Positions 61,980 through 64,000 of a stretch of 64,000 nt of DNA are shown here, in pieces; the first letter of the stretch is position 1; every line of letters begins with the position of its first letter. The notes under the pieces were generated by a model. That model saw only the letters and a program-made list of their open reading frames with translations. It did no database searches and was not told the origin of the DNA. Origin of the DNA: the human T2T-CHM13v2.0 reference genome, Homo sapiens; NCBI RefSeq assembly GCF_009914755.1, contig NC_060925.1, one strand, 5' to 3'. The position numbers and the translations under genes are program-made.

Positions 61980-62381
61980 GTAAATGTTCCCAAAAACGAT
62001 GTTATGCACTCTGGTTGATGCAAAGGAAGAGACAGTGTGTGTCCCCAAGGGGACTTTAGTTTAAAGGGGAGAGGAAACAAACTGAACAAAAGCAAAGAGA
62101 AATTGCAAATGGCACTTGGGTTCCAGCTCAGCCCTCTTGCGTGTGTCCTCCCTAAGACCTCCGCATGCTGCCGGGGGCTTCCATTTGCATGGTCAGCCCT
62201 GACTCTGTGTTCCTCCTTCCTTAGGATTCCTGGGCTCACCTTGTGACTGTTTTATTTTCTCTGTTCTACACCAATTGAGGCATGAAACTTGGCCCCTTAT
62301 CCTTGATTTCCACAAAGGATTTGGAGAGATGGAAGGGTTTCAAGTCTCAAGAATGCAGGCCACCTGCAACAGAGTGTTTGA

Positions 62382-62850
<469 letters not shown>

Positions 62851-63520
62851 ACTTCCCTGTTCTTAAAAAAATCCCTCAGCCATTTAGTCCCATCACAAAG
62901 TTATTTAGCCCTCTTTCTTCCCAACAACTCCAAAAAAAAAAAAAAAGTCCTCTTTCTTCACTATGTGGAGGAACTTTCCAATCATTGAGCTCATCTGGTA
63001 CTCCCTTCGCTGACCTAAAGACCCATCAAAGTACTAAGCCAGGCATCGTCTGCTCTGCGCCTCCACCGGCCTCTCACCCTCTGCTCCCTCCCAGATTCCC
63101 AAGGAAAGGGGCCATGAGAGTCTTCTTTCCCCTCTGATTGAATCCCACACATACACACCCCAAAAGGCAAACATGACTGCAATCAATCTTGGTTTTAAAC
63201 AAAGGAGTTTATCCATGAGTTACACAAATATGTGTAAGTGGATAGAGACATCTGAGCCCATGAGGGGCCCTGGCATGATGGGCATAGAGGAGGGCCGGCT
63301 AGGTCTTGGAGACAGCTGGTTTTCACCAGTTTTACAGGAAGTCTGAGCTTTGAGTTTTAAAGAATGAAGAAAACATGCCAGATAAGAGGAATGGTATAAG
63401 AGAATTAAGAAAGACCACAAACATGGGTAGAGGGGAGTATTTATTATTTATATTCTCTACAGCAAAGAAATGGTGAGTGAACTCTCCCTACTGCATCCGT
63501 ACATTAAAACACCGTATCTA

Positions 63521-63800
63521 GGCTGGGCACAGTGGCTCACACCTGTAATCCCAGCACTTTGGGAGGCTGAGGCTGGAGGATCGTTTGAGCCTAGGAGTTT
63601 GAGGTTTCAGTGAGCTAGGATCATTCCACTGCAGTCCAGCCCAGCCTGGGTGTTCTAAAAAGAACCAAACCAAAAACACTGTATCTAAAATCCAGAATGG
63701 GGCAGTACTACTCAAAGTGTGGTCTGGGGACAGCAGCCCCAACATGGCTCGGGGGCTTGTTAGAAATGCACATTCATAGGCCCCACCGCAGGCCTACCTA
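63521..63800. mobile_element. Alu monomer (63521-63655, +) and MER5-like fragment (~63703-63800)
   Basis: Alu monomer consensus; ctcaaagtgtggtc...cttgttagaaatgca typical of MER5. Confidence 0.7.
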
Positions 63801-63877
63801 ATGCACTGGTGTCCTGCCCTGTGCTCATCCAGCTCCCACGGGGGGCCAATAACTATGCTCTGGTTACGTGTCCACAG

Positions 63878-63935
63878 GATGCGGAGATCTCTGCCTTTGA
63901 GCTGCAGACCATCCTGAGAAGGGTTCTAGCAAAGC
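63878..63935 (+). CDS. CAPN2: CAPN2 exon 15 (58 nt); gene continues beyond window
   Basis: tccacag|GATGCG...AAGC|gtgagt; DAEISAFELQTILRRVLAK. Confidence 0.98.
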
Positions 63936-64000
63936 GTGAGTATCCCCTCATTGCAAAACCTCATCCTGCTCTTTCCCCTGTGGATGGGAGGGAACATGGA

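Overview
Human (primate) genomic DNA containing about 12 kb of upstream sequence and coding exons 1-15 of CAPN2 (calpain-2/m-calpain catalytic subunit) on the + strand; the gene continues past the window end. All 15 exons were spliced by hand at GT-AG boundaries into one uninterrupted 1690-nt reading frame containing the catalytic triad Cys105/His262/Asn286. The rest is intronic/intergenic DNA rich in Alu, ERV LTRs, hAT/Tigger DNA transposon relics, MIR/L2/L1 fragments and microsatellites; nearly all other ORFs in the track are spurious. I see no new protein-coding system. The best lead is a non-Alu ~132-bp, ~94%-identical inverted repeat pair in introns 7 and 12 that brackets exons 8-12 (630 nt, frame-preserving), which predicts either a stop-free circRNA or an in-frame multi-exon skip. 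Other leads: an Alu mutated to supply an ATG plus splice donor (alternative first exon), a tailless tRNA-Gln retrocopy with a target-site duplication (TSD), a locally copied Alu arm across exon 4, a p53-like element in a solo LTR10C, and an intragenic CpG island with a strong CTCF motif. Repeat family names are from recalled consensus sequences, not from a RepeatMasker run, and repeat boundaries are approximate.
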